From Deferribacterales bacterium (GTDB taxonomy: Bacteria > Chrysiogenota > Deferribacteres > Deferribacterales > Geovibrionaceae), in contig JBFWMA010000001.1 in NCBI GenBank assembly GCA_050251875.1, forward strand, positions 115,230-179,229: a stretch of DNA of 64,000 nucleotides, read 5' to 3'. The position numbers and the translations under genes were made by a program. Below, piece by piece: positions 1 to 10,100 of the stretch. The notes below the pieces were generated by a model. The model worked only from the letters and a program-made list of their open reading frames with translations. It was not told the DNA's origin and made no database searches. Position 1 is the stretch's first letter. Every line of letters starts with the position of its first letter.

Positions 1-1
1 G

Positions 2-76
2 TGCTTTGTCCCCGTGGTTTACATGATGCTGGAAGATTTTAAGAAACTATTGAATATCCAGGGGCATAATGACTGA
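2..76 (+). CDS. 3' end of a gene, probably an RND (AcrB-family) efflux permease; partial
   Basis: Frame reads CFVPVVYMMLEDFKKLLNIQGHND*, like the terminal 'VPvvY..ED' helix of RND permeases; its TGA overlaps the next ATG (TGATG). Confidence 0.55.
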   Translation, partial: CFVPVVYMMLEDFKKLLNIQGHND

Positions 77-618
77 TGATTACCGCATTTGACATTTTCG
101 GAATAGCGCTCGCTATGAGCATAGACGCTTTCTGCGTCTGTATCTGTATAGGGATGAAATACCATAAGCTGTCTAACTATATACGTCTCGGAGGGGCTTT
201 CGGCTGGTTTCAGTTTCTGATGCCGGTTATAGGAGCCTTTGCGGGCAGGGCGCTTATGCGTTATACTGATAACATAAAATATCTGGCGGCTGCCTTTCTT
301 ATATATGTCGCGTGGCACATGTTCAGAGAGGCTTACAAGCACAAGGAATGTAAGGTGTACACCAGCGACCCCACGAAGGGCGCTCAGCTTATCTTTCTTT
401 CGCTCGCCACCAGCATGGACGCTCTGGGAGCGGGGCTCTCGCTGTGCATGTGGGACGGCGGGATTGTGATGGCATCCGTGGTGATCGGCGTTGTGTGCAT
501 GGTGATGAGTTTCATCGGTGTCGCCATCGGTCAGCACAGCAGACGATACATCGGTTATTACGCCGAATATTTCGGCGCCGCTGTTCTGGTGATTATCGGT
601 ATCCGTTTCATAATATAG
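76..618 (+). CDS. mntP: Manganese efflux pump MntP family (DUF204)
   Basis: Duplicated ALAMSIDAF / LATSMDAL motifs, FGWFQFLMP, hydrophobic 180 aa. Confidence 0.85.
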   Translation: MITAFDIFGIALAMSIDAFCVCICIGMKYHKLSNYIRLGGAFGWFQFLMPVIGAFAGRALMRYTDNIKYLAAAFLIYVAWHMFREAYKHKECKVYTSDPTKGAQLIFLSLATSMDALGAGLSLCMWDGGIVMASVVIGVVCMVMSFIGVAIGQHSRRYIGYYAEYFGAAVLVIIGIRFII

Positions 619-628
619 GAGAGTTTTC

Positions 629-2089
629 ATGTCTTCATTCAACATCATGTTCGTATCCAGCGAGGTAGCTCCCTTTTCCAAAACAGGAGGACTGGCGGAT
701 GTCTGTTCTTCACTGCCCATCGCTCTTGCGGCTAAGAACAGAGTGATAGTGGTGTCGCCTCTGTATTCCTCCATCAACAGAGAGAAATACGGTATAAAGC
801 CGGTGACGGGCGGATGCTGTGTTCACATGGGCAACTGCGAGGAGTTTTACGCTCTGCACCACACACAGATAGATAATGTTGACTATTACTTTCTGGAGTT
901 TGACAAATATTTCAACCGTCAGGGGATTTATCATACAAAGGCGGGCGAATACGGCGACAATCCGTTCCGCTTCAGCTTTCTGTCCCGTGCCTCTCTTCAG
1001 GTGGCTAAGGATCTGGATTTTCAGCCGGATATAGTGCATGCCAACGACTGGCAGACGGGGCTGGTGCCTTATTATGTGAAAAGACTCGGCGATCCTTATT
1101 TCGCCGCAACAAAGAGTGTTATCACCATACATAACATAGGATATCAGGGGCTTTTCGGACCGGAAGTTCTGGAATACGCCGGGATACATCCGGATGATTT
1201 CAACGCCGGAGCGTTCGAGAATTTCGGTGGGGTAAACCTGCTGAAGGGCGGTCTCGCCTTCGCCGACAAGATAACCACAGTGAGCCCCACATATGCCAAA
1301 GAGATCAGAGGACCCGTGGGATCATCCGGTCTGCACGATCTTCTGAATGCCAGAGGATATGATGTTCTGGGGATTCTGAACGGAATCGACACGAACGTGT
1401 GGAATCCGAAAAAAGATACATATATACCCTATCAGTTCGATGCCAGATCGATGAAATCGAAGACAAAGAACAAGCTGGAGCTCCAGAAACGCTTCGGGCT
1501 GAAACAGGATGAGAATATCGCCCTGTTCGGCTTTGTGGGCAGGTTTGCCGATCAGAAAGGTCTGCATCTTCTGCGTGACGCCTGTGTCAGGGCGGTGCGG
1601 GATATGGTCTGTCAGTTTGTGATTGTGGGTTCCGGCGAGCAGGACTACGAAGATTTTTTCGGCGGACTGCCGGCACGTTTTCCAGGTGAGATCGGATCAT
1701 ACATCGGATACAGCGAGGAGACAGCGCATCTTGTTGAGGCGGGGGCGGATTTCTTCGTGATGCCTTCGCTCTATGAGCCATGCGGGCTGAACCAGATGTA
1801 TTCGCTGGCATACGGCACTCTCCCCGTGGTGAGAGCCACAGGAGGGCTGGAAGACACGGTGGAGAACTATGACGAAACCACCGGAGGCGGAACAGGATTT
1901 AAATTTGAAGCCATCAGCGCTCAGGCGCTTTATGATACCATAGGCTGGGCTGTCAGCACATATTACGACAGACCTCAGCACATAGAGATGATGAGAAAGA
2001 GAGCCATGAAGCAGGATTTCAGCTGGAAAAAATCAGCGGCGCTTTATCAGTCGCTTTACGAATGGCTCAAACAGCCGGATATCTTTTAG
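629..2089 (+). CDS. glgA: Glycogen synthase
   Basis: KTGGLADV, HANDWQT, TIHNIGYQG, PSLYEPCGLNQM motifs. Confidence 0.95.
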   Translation: MSSFNIMFVSSEVAPFSKTGGLADVCSSLPIALAAKNRVIVVSPLYSSINREKYGIKPVTGGCCVHMGNCEEFYALHHTQIDNVDYYFLEFDKYFNRQGIYHTKAGEYGDNPFRFSFLSRASLQVAKDLDFQPDIVHANDWQTGLVPYYVKRLGDPYFAATKSVITIHNIGYQGLFGPEVLEYAGIHPDDFNAGAFENFGGVNLLKGGLAFADKITTVSPTYAKEIRGPVGSSGLHDLLNARGYDVLGILNGIDTNVWNPKKDTYIPYQFDARSMKSKTKNKLELQKRFGLKQDENIALFGFVGRFADQKGLHLLRDACVRAVRDMVCQFVIVGSGEQDYEDFFGGLPARFPGEIGSYIGYSEETAHLVEAGADFFVMPSLYEPCGLNQMYSLAYGTLPVVRATGGLEDTVENYDETTGGGTGFKFEAISAQALYDTIGWAVSTYYDRPQHIEMMRKRAMKQDFSWKKSAALYQSLYEWLKQPDIF

Positions 2090-2097
2090 ATAAAAAT

Positions 2098-2180
2098 GTC
2101 ATTGCGAACCATTTATGGTGAAGCAATCTTCTGTAGTCAAAATACTGTGAAGACTGCTTCGGATAAGTCCTCGCAGTGAC
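2098..2180. repeat. REP-like palindromic element, family 1 (GTCATTGCGA...GCAATC / GACTGCTTC...CTCGCAGTGAC), full doublet
   Basis: Inverted termini; related copies at 31163, 32853, 32905 and 53646; lies between convergent genes. Confidence 0.8.
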
Positions 2181-2190
2181 TTTGTTTCAT

Positions 2191-3069
2191 CTACGCTGTT
2201 TTTGGTTTTTTATTAATAAGATATACTGCGGTGAACACGAACAGACCGCCTAATATGGTGGTATAGTGGATTGGCTCTTTCAGGAAGAACCAGCTCATCA
2301 GAAGGGCGTTCACCGGAACCAGATATACGAACGAGCTTGTTTTCTGCGAGCCTATTCTGGCCGCCGCTATGAAGAAAATCGTTGAGCCGAATGTGGTCGC
2401 TCCCGCCGCCAGCAAAGATATATTGAACCAGAAAGCGAACGTCTGAGGCACTGCCATGGAATATCCCTTAAACTGAATCAGCAGAAAATCGAGCACGGAT
2501 GTGAACAGATACAGATAGAAGCTGTATGTGAATACGTTTGTATACTTTTTTACATAGGCGCTGAAATATGTGAGCACAGCCCAGAGTAAAGCCGCCGCCA
2601 GAAAGTATATATTGCCGCTGGAGAAGAGTTTTTCTATGCTGGTGTCCCAAATGTTAATGATAATCATTGCGCCGCACATGCCCAGTATCAGCCCCAGAGA
2701 ATCCTTAAGACTGGGCGCTCTCAGACTGATGACGCTCACCAGAACAAATGTCAGAACGGGAATCAGTGTGGTGACGAGTATTCCGCCCACTCCCGCCAGA
2801 CCGTATATCAGCCCGGTGAAGAACATTTCGTTATATCCTATCAGTATGATGGAACAGATGAATGTAAATATGAGCCCCTGACGGTTGATCTTAAAAGTCT
2901 GTTTAAGGTATATCATGACAGGGAGATAGGTGATCCATGTGAGAGCGAAGCGGTAGAAAAGCAGAACCTCAGGATGAGCCATCTTGGCAACGATTTTTGC
3001 GGATATCCACGATTCGCCCCAGCTGACCATTGCCAGAACCATGAGTAAATAAAATACAGCTTCCGACAT
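2191..3069 (-). CDS. DMT/EamA family transporter
   Basis: 292 aa, about 10 hydrophobic helices, N-terminal 'WGxSW...K' and C-terminal 'FFLKEPI' patterns. Confidence 0.85.
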   Translation of the reverse strand: MSEAVFYLLMVLAMVSWGESWISAKIVAKMAHPEVLLFYRFALTWITYLPVMIYLKQTFKINRQGLIFTFICSIILIGYNEMFFTGLIYGLAGVGGILVTTLIPVLTFVLVSVISLRAPSLKDSLGLILGMCGAMIIINIWDTSIEKLFSSGNIYFLAAALLWAVLTYFSAYVKKYTNVFTYSFYLYLFTSVLDFLLIQFKGYSMAVPQTFAFWFNISLLAAGATTFGSTIFFIAAARIGSQKTSSFVYLVPVNALLMSWFFLKEPIHYTTILGGLFVFTAVYLINKKPKTA

Positions 3070-3112
3070 TACGTCCTCTCAGAAAGAAGATGCGGCAAAC
3101 ATGCCTTTAAAC

Positions 3113-3135
3113 AAAAAGCCCACCAATGGTGGGCT
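3113..3135 (-). terminator. Intrinsic terminator of the tRNA gene
   Basis: Minus strand AGCCCACCA-T-TGGTGGGCT followed by a T tract. Confidence 0.75.
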
Positions 3136-3144
3136 GATTATTTT

Positions 3145-3221
<77 letters not shown>

Positions 3222-3234
3222 TCAAGGGAAATAG

Positions 3235-3263
3235 ACACTATCAAATTAATCGAGGCATGTCAA
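3235..3263 (-). promoter_or_regulatory. sigma70 promoter of tRNA-fMet
   Basis: Minus strand TTGACA-17 nt-TAGTGT just upstream of the tRNA. Confidence 0.75.
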
Positions 3264-3423
3264 CCCGCAATTTTATTTTTTTATAAATTAATTCTGACAT
3301 GCTAAAGAGCGGGATTTTTTATGTATTTTTATTATTTATGAGAAAATGTGCGGTTTATGCTTGAATTTCTTGTGAAAAAGGTGATTAATATTGTCAGCAA
3401 ACAAACTTTTACCGAGGTCATGA

Positions 3424-4926
3424 GTGATGAAAATTTCCTGTAGAAAAAAAACTGCCCTCAATTCAAAGAAAGATGCCGTTCTGATTCCCGTTTACCGCAA
3501 CATGCGCGCTCTTAAAGCCCTCACAGGCAAAAAGATAGAAGATGAGATCAACGACATGATAGCTTCCGACTACTTTTCATATGACGAGAAAGAGTTCTCC
3601 TCTTTCTTTATGGAGATAGGCGGAAAGCTGAAAAAAATATATCTGGTGAGCGTGTCAAAAGACCCTCAGGATTCCAGATATTATATGGAGCTTGGCGCTA
3701 CATTCGCTAAACTGCTGAAAAAAGAGAGAATATCCAGCTTTTCCATGATCGCTTTCGAAGACATATACATGGACAAGAAAGACCCGCAGTACACAGCGGC
3801 GTTTCTGGACGGATTCTTCTTCGGTCAGTACAGCTTCGATGTTTATAAGTCTAAACAGGAGAAGAGCTATCAGTTCGATGAGGTGGAGATAATCACATCC
3901 TACACCAAGCTGAAAAGATACATAGACGACAACGCAGCCGAGTGGAACATTCAGTTCGACAACATTTACATGGCGAGAGATCTGGTGAACACTCCCCCCG
4001 CCGACCTGACCCCCGAAATTTTTGCCGGCAAGGTAAAAGAGGCGGAGAGCGATACTCTGAAAGTGACCGTGGTGGACGACATGGCTGAACTCAGCGAAAA
4101 ATTTCCCATGGTATACGGCGTGGGAAAAGGAAGCCCGAACCTGCCCAGAATGGTTATCATGGAATACAACGGCAACCCCGAAAGCCCCAAGCACATCGCT
4201 CTGGTGGGCAAGGGTGTTACCTATGACTCAGGCGGAACAAACCTGAAACCCACAGGCTCCATCGAAGACATGAAAACAGATATGGCGGGAGCCGCCGCAA
4301 TGTTCGCCGTGACTAAAACAGCCAGCGAAACCGGACTGAAAGTGAACATAAAGACATACATACCCATGGTGGAGAACATCATCGGTACAAACGCATATAA
4401 ACCCGGCGATATCCTCACCAGCGCCATGGGAAAAACTGTGGAGATTCTGAACACAGACGCGGAAGGCAGGCTTATCCTCGCCGATGCTCTCTACACAGCC
4501 ACACAGTCCGACCCTGAGGTGATTATAGACGCCGCCACACTGACAGGCGCCTGTATCATCGCTCTGGGCAAACACTGCGCCGGACTCTTCAGCAATAGAA
4601 AATTTCTCGCTAAAAACATCACGGATATATCATACGATATAGCTGAGGATATATGGGAATTGCCGCTTCTGCCCTCATATCAGAAAAGGGTTAAGAGCGA
4701 CAACGCCGATCTGCGCAACATCGCCAGACAAAAAGGCGAGGCGGGCTCAGTCATCGCAGGACTCTTTCTTCAGGAGTTCGTGGACAACTGGCCCTGGATA
4801 CACCTCGACATAGCCGGTCCGGCATATATCGAAGAGGAACACCCGATATTCGGAAAATACGCCACCGGATTCGGAATCCGTCTGCTGAGCAGATTTATAA
4901 AAGTACATTACGCTGAGGCAAACTGA
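3424..4926 (+). CDS. pepA: Leucyl aminopeptidase (M17)
   Basis: VGKGVTYDSGG, MKTDMAG, NTDAEGRL, ATLTGA motifs. Confidence 0.95.
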   Translation: MMKISCRKKTALNSKKDAVLIPVYRNMRALKALTGKKIEDEINDMIASDYFSYDEKEFSSFFMEIGGKLKKIYLVSVSKDPQDSRYYMELGATFAKLLKKERISSFSMIAFEDIYMDKKDPQYTAAFLDGFFFGQYSFDVYKSKQEKSYQFDEVEIITSYTKLKRYIDDNAAEWNIQFDNIYMARDLVNTPPADLTPEIFAGKVKEAESDTLKVTVVDDMAELSEKFPMVYGVGKGSPNLPRMVIMEYNGNPESPKHIALVGKGVTYDSGGTNLKPTGSIEDMKTDMAGAAAMFAVTKTASETGLKVNIKTYIPMVENIIGTNAYKPGDILTSAMGKTVEILNTDAEGRLILADALYTATQSDPEVIIDAATLTGACIIALGKHCAGLFSNRKFLAKNITDISYDIAEDIWELPLLPSYQKRVKSDNADLRNIARQKGEAGSVIAGLFLQEFVDNWPWIHLDIAGPAYIEEEHPIFGKYATGFGIRLLSRFIKVHYAEAN

Positions 4927-4927
4927 T

Positions 4928-4955
4928 AAACGGGGGACTTTTGTCCCCCGTTTTT
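4928..4955 (+). terminator. Intrinsic terminator after pepA
   Basis: AAACGGGGGAC-TTTT-GTCCCCCGTTTTT. Confidence 0.75.
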
Positions 4956-4957
4956 AT

Positions 4958-6664
4958 ATGAAATACAAAAGACTGATTTTTTTCATATCCCTTCTGATGC
5001 TGGTCTATGCCCTGTCCGGAGCTGTCAGATACCGTCAGCATATCATCATTATGAACAGTCCGGCGCACCATGCGGGCAATGACATAATAATGGTGAGCAA
5101 TGACAGCTACCGCTGGCTGAGGTATTCGGGAAAATATACGGCAGGCACAGACGGGCTGTCGGGTTTTCCGCAGCAGGCTTCGGTGCCATGGTTCAGACCT
5201 CTTCTGCCGGAGATGATAGATTTTGTGTCTTCTGCGTCCGGGCTCAGTCCGGAGGTATCTTCCAGTCTGCTGACAGTATTTTTATCCGGGCTTTTCATAT
5301 TTCCGCTTGGACTGTTCTTTTATCTGATCGGTTATCCGGCTTCCGGCATTGGCGCAGCCGTCACGGGGTCGCTCAGCTTCATCTATCTTTCCCGCACCAC
5401 CGCTTTTCAGGCGGATACAGATTCGCTCAATCTGTTCTTCATGTTTCTGACACCTCTTTTCATCCGGCTGACTGACAAAAAGCTGTATCTTTTCTCAGCC
5501 CTTGCCGGGGTGTCGTGTCTGCTTCATTATTACTGGTATTTTCACGGCGTTTTTACTTTTATGTGGCTGGCGGTTCTTTCGGGATATCTGATATACGCAA
5601 AGAGAGGCGTGAGACAGACGGTATGGGCTCTGCTCCTGTTTCTGTTTTTCAGCGGGATTTTTCCGGCGTTCGAGGTTCTGGGCAATCTGAGGAGTTTCAT
5701 ATCTCCGGAGACAGTCAGAAGCTGGCATCAGAATGTGGACGAGCTGAGGGTTCATGGTTTCGGCGATACTCTGGGGCTTCTTGGGGCGTATAAATATCCG
5801 GTTCTGACCGGGCTCATGTTGTGTGTTTTTCTGTTCCGGCGTATTTTTCTGATACTGCCTGTTATGGCGCTGGGACTGCTGGTCTTTCTCAGAGGGGAGA
5901 GATTCGGGATGTATCTGGCTCCGTTTGCCGGAGCGGGCATCGGGTTTCTCTGTCAGTACGCAGTCAGGAGGGCTGGCAGGTTCGCCTATCTGCTCTCCTT
6001 ATCTCTGGCGTTTTTTCTGTGTGTGTTTCTTGTACGTCCCCATCTGGACTTTGTGCCTGCGCCTTATGTCTCCTCCGGTGTCTATTCCGCTGTGAAAGAG
6101 GCTCCCGTGGCGAAGGGCAGTCTTGCTCTGTGCGGATGGAACCACGGTTTTCTGGTGGAATACCTGAAAGGAGTCCGGTGTTCGTCTGACGGAGCGACTC
6201 AGTTTAAGGAGGGGAGCAGGCTGACACAGCAAGCTATAGCTTCCGTCAATAATGTAAAAGAACCACTTCTCGGGCTCAGCGCCGGGAACGATATGTTTAT
6301 ATTTATATTTTCAGAAGATTATGCGGTGTCCGGCGGAGACGGATTATATTATTTCGCTCCGTGCGGAGAGGACGGCGACTGCTCGGGAATACGGCTCGGA
6401 AATCAAGTTGCTGTAGGTAAAATACTTTTTCTCGGGCGCACAGGGCAGGGAGATAATGAAAAGCGGGAGCCTGTGTTCGGTGTGCTGGCTGAAGACAGGA
6501 GCGGTCTGGCTGTTTTTGATAATAAAACAACGCAAAGTCTTTTTGGAAAAACGTTCATTATAGGTTCGCCCGATATATCCTGCGTGAAAAAAGTTTACCG
6601 CAAATTTCCATATACAGCAGTTTATAAGGCGTCTTACGATTGTCTCTCCAGTCACGGCGAATAG
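4958..6664 (+). CDS. STT3/PglB-like GT-C membrane glycosyltransferase, divergent
   Basis: Multi-TM protein with SNDSY, YLSRT, DTD, NVDE, GERF and GWNHG...DG motifs in the same order as in PglB. Confidence 0.75.
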   Translation: MKYKRLIFFISLLMLVYALSGAVRYRQHIIIMNSPAHHAGNDIIMVSNDSYRWLRYSGKYTAGTDGLSGFPQQASVPWFRPLLPEMIDFVSSASGLSPEVSSSLLTVFLSGLFIFPLGLFFYLIGYPASGIGAAVTGSLSFIYLSRTTAFQADTDSLNLFFMFLTPLFIRLTDKKLYLFSALAGVSCLLHYYWYFHGVFTFMWLAVLSGYLIYAKRGVRQTVWALLLFLFFSGIFPAFEVLGNLRSFISPETVRSWHQNVDELRVHGFGDTLGLLGAYKYPVLTGLMLCVFLFRRIFLILPVMALGLLVFLRGERFGMYLAPFAGAGIGFLCQYAVRRAGRFAYLLSLSLAFFLCVFLVRPHLDFVPAPYVSSGVYSAVKEAPVAKGSLALCGWNHGFLVEYLKGVRCSSDGATQFKEGSRLTQQAIASVNNVKEPLLGLSAGNDMFIFIFSEDYAVSGGDGLYYFAPCGEDGDCSGIRLGNQVAVGKILFLGRTGQGDNEKREPVFGVLAEDRSGLAVFDNKTTQSLFGKTFIIGSPDISCVKKVYRKFPYTAVYKASYDCLSSHGE

Positions 6665-6688
6665 AATAGGCGTTCTGTGTTTTTTGAC

Positions 6689-6705
6689 TATTGATTTTTT
6701 CTATA
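6689..6705. promoter_or_regulatory. Putative LysR autoregulatory box
   Basis: TATTGA-N5-TCTATA imperfect dyad (T-N11-A core) overlapping promoter-like hexamers upstream of the LysR gene. Confidence 0.45.
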
Positions 6706-6749
6706 TTTATGGTATTTTCAACTTATATTGAAAAGGCAGGAGAAAATCT

Positions 6750-7637
6750 ATGGACTTTAAGCAGATCGAGGCTTTCGTTTTCGTGGCAAAATACAAATCA
6801 TTTTCCAGAGCGGCAGAGAAACTCCTTTTAAGTCAGCCTACCATTTCAACACACATCAGCACGCTGGAAGAGCAGCTCGGGGTGAAACTTTTCGATAGAC
6901 TTTCCAAAGAGGTCGTGCTCACCGAAGCGGGACAGATATTCTTTCCCTATGCTGTGGATATTCTCGATCTCAGAGAGAGATCACACGAGGCTGTTAAAGA
7001 GTTTTTAAACGAAGTAAGCGGACACCTGCACATAGGCTACAGCACTGTTGCCGCTGAGTTTATTCTTCCTGAGGTTATCAAGAAGTTTAAAGAGGATTAT
7101 CCCAAAACCTTCTTTACTATAGACAATGGCGGGACACAGACCATCATCCAGAGGCTGTCTGACGGCATACTCGATCTGGCTGTGGTCGCCAGAAAGATTC
7201 CTAAGAAAGATCTGGAATACAAAGTTCTTACAAAAGATAAAATTGTCCTGATAGTGCATAAAAACCACAAATTCTACACCAGAGGCAGTGTTTTCATCGA
7301 AGAGATTCTGGGCGAGGATTTCATCACCAGAGAGATCGGTTCCGGTACCAGAGCCAGTGTTGAGCATGGGTTCAAGCAGAAGGGATACGACTTCGAAAGC
7401 CTGAAGACTGTCGCCGTTCTCAGCTCCACCTTCTCTATCAAGAATGCCGTGAAAAAAGAGCTGGGCATCGCCTTTATGTCTGAAATGGCTCTGACAGACG
7501 AATGTGACGGCAGTATAAAGGCTATCCCCGTGACAGACCTTGTGGTGGAAAAAGAGGTCTATGTGGTTTACAGCAAAAACCGCACAAACAAGAAACTGCT
7601 CAAGCATTATATAGATACGCTGTTAAAATTTAAGTAA
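6750..7637 (+). CDS. LysR-family regulator (CysL / selenium-metabolism-associated type)
   Basis: SFSRAAEKLLLSQPTIS HTH, REIGSGTR; stop overlaps the selU start (TAATG). Confidence 0.9.
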   Translation: MDFKQIEAFVFVAKYKSFSRAAEKLLLSQPTISTHISTLEEQLGVKLFDRLSKEVVLTEAGQIFFPYAVDILDLRERSHEAVKEFLNEVSGHLHIGYSTVAAEFILPEVIKKFKEDYPKTFFTIDNGGTQTIIQRLSDGILDLAVVARKIPKKDLEYKVLTKDKIVLIVHKNHKFYTRGSVFIEEILGEDFITREIGSGTRASVEHGFKQKGYDFESLKTVAVLSSTFSIKNAVKKELGIAFMSEMALTDECDGSIKAIPVTDLVVEKEVYVVYSKNRTNKKLLKHYIDTLLKFK

Positions 7638-8680
7638 TGCAGGAAGAGCTTACCCTATCATTTATCCTCGAAAAGGGGCTGGACACGGTCAATCTGATTG
7701 ATGTCCGCTCGCCGTCTGAGTTTATCCACGACAATATTCCCATGTCCGTCAATATCCCTCTGCTGGATGACGCCGAAAGAGCGCTGGTGGGCACATGCTA
7801 TGTGCAGAAAGGACCGAAGGACGCCCGCATGCTGGGTGTGGACATAATCAGCCCTAAGCTCCCGCAGTTCGTCAGGCAGATCATGGAGGCATCGAAAGAT
7901 CATAGGATGACTATCGCCTACTGCTGGCGGGGCGGTCTGCGCAGCGGAAGCACGGTGGGGCTGATGACGCTGACCGGTGTCAATATCTACCGTCTTCAGG
8001 GCGGTTACAAAGTTTTCAGAAACCATGTTAATGACTTCTTCTCCGGTTTTTCAGACGACTACAGCTTTATAAACCTGCACGGACCGACAGGCAGCGCCAA
8101 GACGCATGTTCTGCGCAGTCTGGAGGCGGAAGGGCTCCGGGTGCTCGATCTGGAAAAGGCTGCGAGCCATAAAGGATCTAACTTCGGAGATGTGGACGAG
8201 CCCGGATATGACACTGTGAATCAGAAGAATTTTGAGACAAAACTGTGGCACACGTTCTATAATAAAGGGGCGGGCGTTTATCTGGTGGAAGGCGAGAGCA
8301 TGAAGATAGGCAGGGTGTCCATACCCCAGAAACTCTTCAGGCGAATGAACACCTGTATCAACGTGGTAGCGGACGTGCCTCTGGACGCCAGAATCCGCTT
8401 TACGGTGGACAATTATAAGCCTAATCTGTATATAGATGATATCAGGCGTTCACTGGACAGACTGAAAAAATTCATAGGCAAATCCGGCGTGGACGAACTT
8501 TCGAAACTGCTGGATGTCAAAGATTACGAGACCTTTACAAAGATTCTGCTTGAGTCGTATTATGACCCCCTTTACAGGCGGTCTATACCCGAAAACCCTG
8601 ACTATATGATCAGGTATGAAAATATTGAAGAGGGGAAAAAACAGCTTGAACAGATTTACATGGAAAATCAAACTTCTTAG
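7637..8680 (+). CDS. mnmH: tRNA 2-selenouridine synthase
   Basis: Rhodanese IDVRSPSEF and YCWRGGLRS, P-loop GPTGSAKT, EGES, YYDPLY. Confidence 0.92.
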   Translation: MQEELTLSFILEKGLDTVNLIDVRSPSEFIHDNIPMSVNIPLLDDAERALVGTCYVQKGPKDARMLGVDIISPKLPQFVRQIMEASKDHRMTIAYCWRGGLRSGSTVGLMTLTGVNIYRLQGGYKVFRNHVNDFFSGFSDDYSFINLHGPTGSAKTHVLRSLEAEGLRVLDLEKAASHKGSNFGDVDEPGYDTVNQKNFETKLWHTFYNKGAGVYLVEGESMKIGRVSIPQKLFRRMNTCINVVADVPLDARIRFTVDNYKPNLYIDDIRRSLDRLKKFIGKSGVDELSKLLDVKDYETFTKILLESYYDPLYRRSIPENPDYMIRYENIEEGKKQLEQIYMENQTS

Positions 8681-9377
8681 CCTCACTCTTTTTATACTTA
8701 CCGCTTTCACCGCTTTTGCCGGAGACGATCCGATAAGCCGTGACGATGACCCCAGAATACCCGTGGGAGCGCAGGTGCTGGGAGCGATATTCGACAAACC
8801 CTACACAGTCAGAGGAATCACATATCACCGGATGAAATTCGTGAAAGCGTTTCATCAGGAGGGGATCGCTTCGTGGTACGGAAAGGAAGACCACGGCAAA
8901 AAGACCTCCAGCGGCGAGCGTTATAACATGTTCGATAAAACAGCGGCTCACAAACAGCTCCCCATGGGCAGTCTCGTCCGAGTGGACTGCAAGGAGACCG
9001 GAAAGTCCGTTGTGGTGCGTATAAACGACAGAGGACCCCATGTGCCGGGCAGAGTGATAGATTTGTCATACACAGCGGCGTCTGAGCTGGAGCTGATAGG
9101 CAAGGGGCTCACTAAGGTGGAACTGACCCTTATTAATCCGCAGGAAGAGATCCCGGAAGAGGGGCTCTATACCGTTCAGCTCGCTTCATATTCCGTGCGG
9201 GGCAACGCAGAGGAGATAGCCGCCAGCATCCCGAATTCGTTCATCGAGTCGGCTGATGTGAACGGTGTTGAGTATTTTCGTATAAAAGTGAAAGGCTTTA
9301 CAACCAGAGAGGACGCCGAGAGGTTTCAGCAGAATAATTCTGAAGCATTTCCCGGTGCGCTGGTTATAAGCGAATAA
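8646..9377 (+). CDS. rlpA: Septal ring lytic transglycosylase RlpA family with SPOR domain
   Basis: GIASWYG, TAAHKQLP, RINDRGP, IDLSY motifs; likely TTG start at 8646 after GAGGGG (ORF track starts at 8616). Confidence 0.88.
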   Translation: MNRFTWKIKLLSLTLFILTAFTAFAGDDPISRDDDPRIPVGAQVLGAIFDKPYTVRGITYHRMKFVKAFHQEGIASWYGKEDHGKKTSSGERYNMFDKTAAHKQLPMGSLVRVDCKETGKSVVVRINDRGPHVPGRVIDLSYTAASELELIGKGLTKVELTLINPQEEIPEEGLYTVQLASYSVRGNAEEIAASIPNSFIESADVNGVEYFRIKVKGFTTREDAERFQQNNSEAFPGALVISE

Positions 9378-9386
9378 GGATAGATA

Positions 9387-10100
9387 ATGAGAGACAGCAG
9401 ACAGAATGACGAAATGCGCAGGGTAGTTTTGACCCGTGATTATGTAAAGCATCCGGAAGGGTCGGTTCTGGTGGAGTTCGGAGAGACAAAGGTGCTGTGC
9501 AACGCCACTTTTTCTCAGGGCGTGCCTCCTTTTCTGAAAGATTCCGGCAGGGGCTGGGTCACTGCGGAATACGCCATGCTCCCCCGTGCCACGCACACCA
9601 GAAACCAGAGAGAATCCAAAAGGGGCAAAGAGGACGGCAGAACTATGGAGATTTCCCGTCTGGTGGGGAGAAGCCTGAGAGCCGCCGTTGATTTCGAAAA
9701 ACTGGGTGAAAACACCATAATAATAGACTGCGATGTTCTTCAGGCGGACGGAGGCACACGCACAGCCGCCATCACAGGCGGTTTCTGCGCTCTGTGGATT
9801 GCCGGGGAAAAGATGGTGAAACAGGGTGTGCTGACCGAAAACCCCGTTCAGGGAAACGTATGCGCCGTGAGCGTGGGGATTGTGGACGGCGATCTCCTGC
9901 TGGATCTGGAATACACAGAGGACAGCGGAGCTGATGTCGATCTGAATCTGGTGGTTAAAGACGGAAAGGATATAATAGAGATACAGGGCTGTGCCGAGGG
10001 GATGGCATTCTCCAGAGACAGTCTGAACAACATGATAGACACAGCCTTTATCGGCATAAACACGCTGATATCGGCGCAGAATAAATTATTGGGCAGATGA
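9387..10100 (+). CDS. rph: Ribonuclease PH
   Basis: [29 protein letters not shown]. Confidence 0.96.
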   Translation: MRDSRQNDEMRRVVLTRDYVKHPEGSVLVEFGETKVLCNATFSQGVPPFLKDSGRGWVTAEYAMLPRATHTRNQRESKRGKEDGRTMEISRLVGRSLRAAVDFEKLGENTIIIDCDVLQADGGTRTAAITGGFCALWIAGEKMVKQGVLTENPVQGNVCAVSVGIVDGDLLLDLEYTEDSGADVDLNLVVKDGKDIIEIQGCAEGMAFSRDSLNNMIDTAFIGINTLISAQNKLLGR

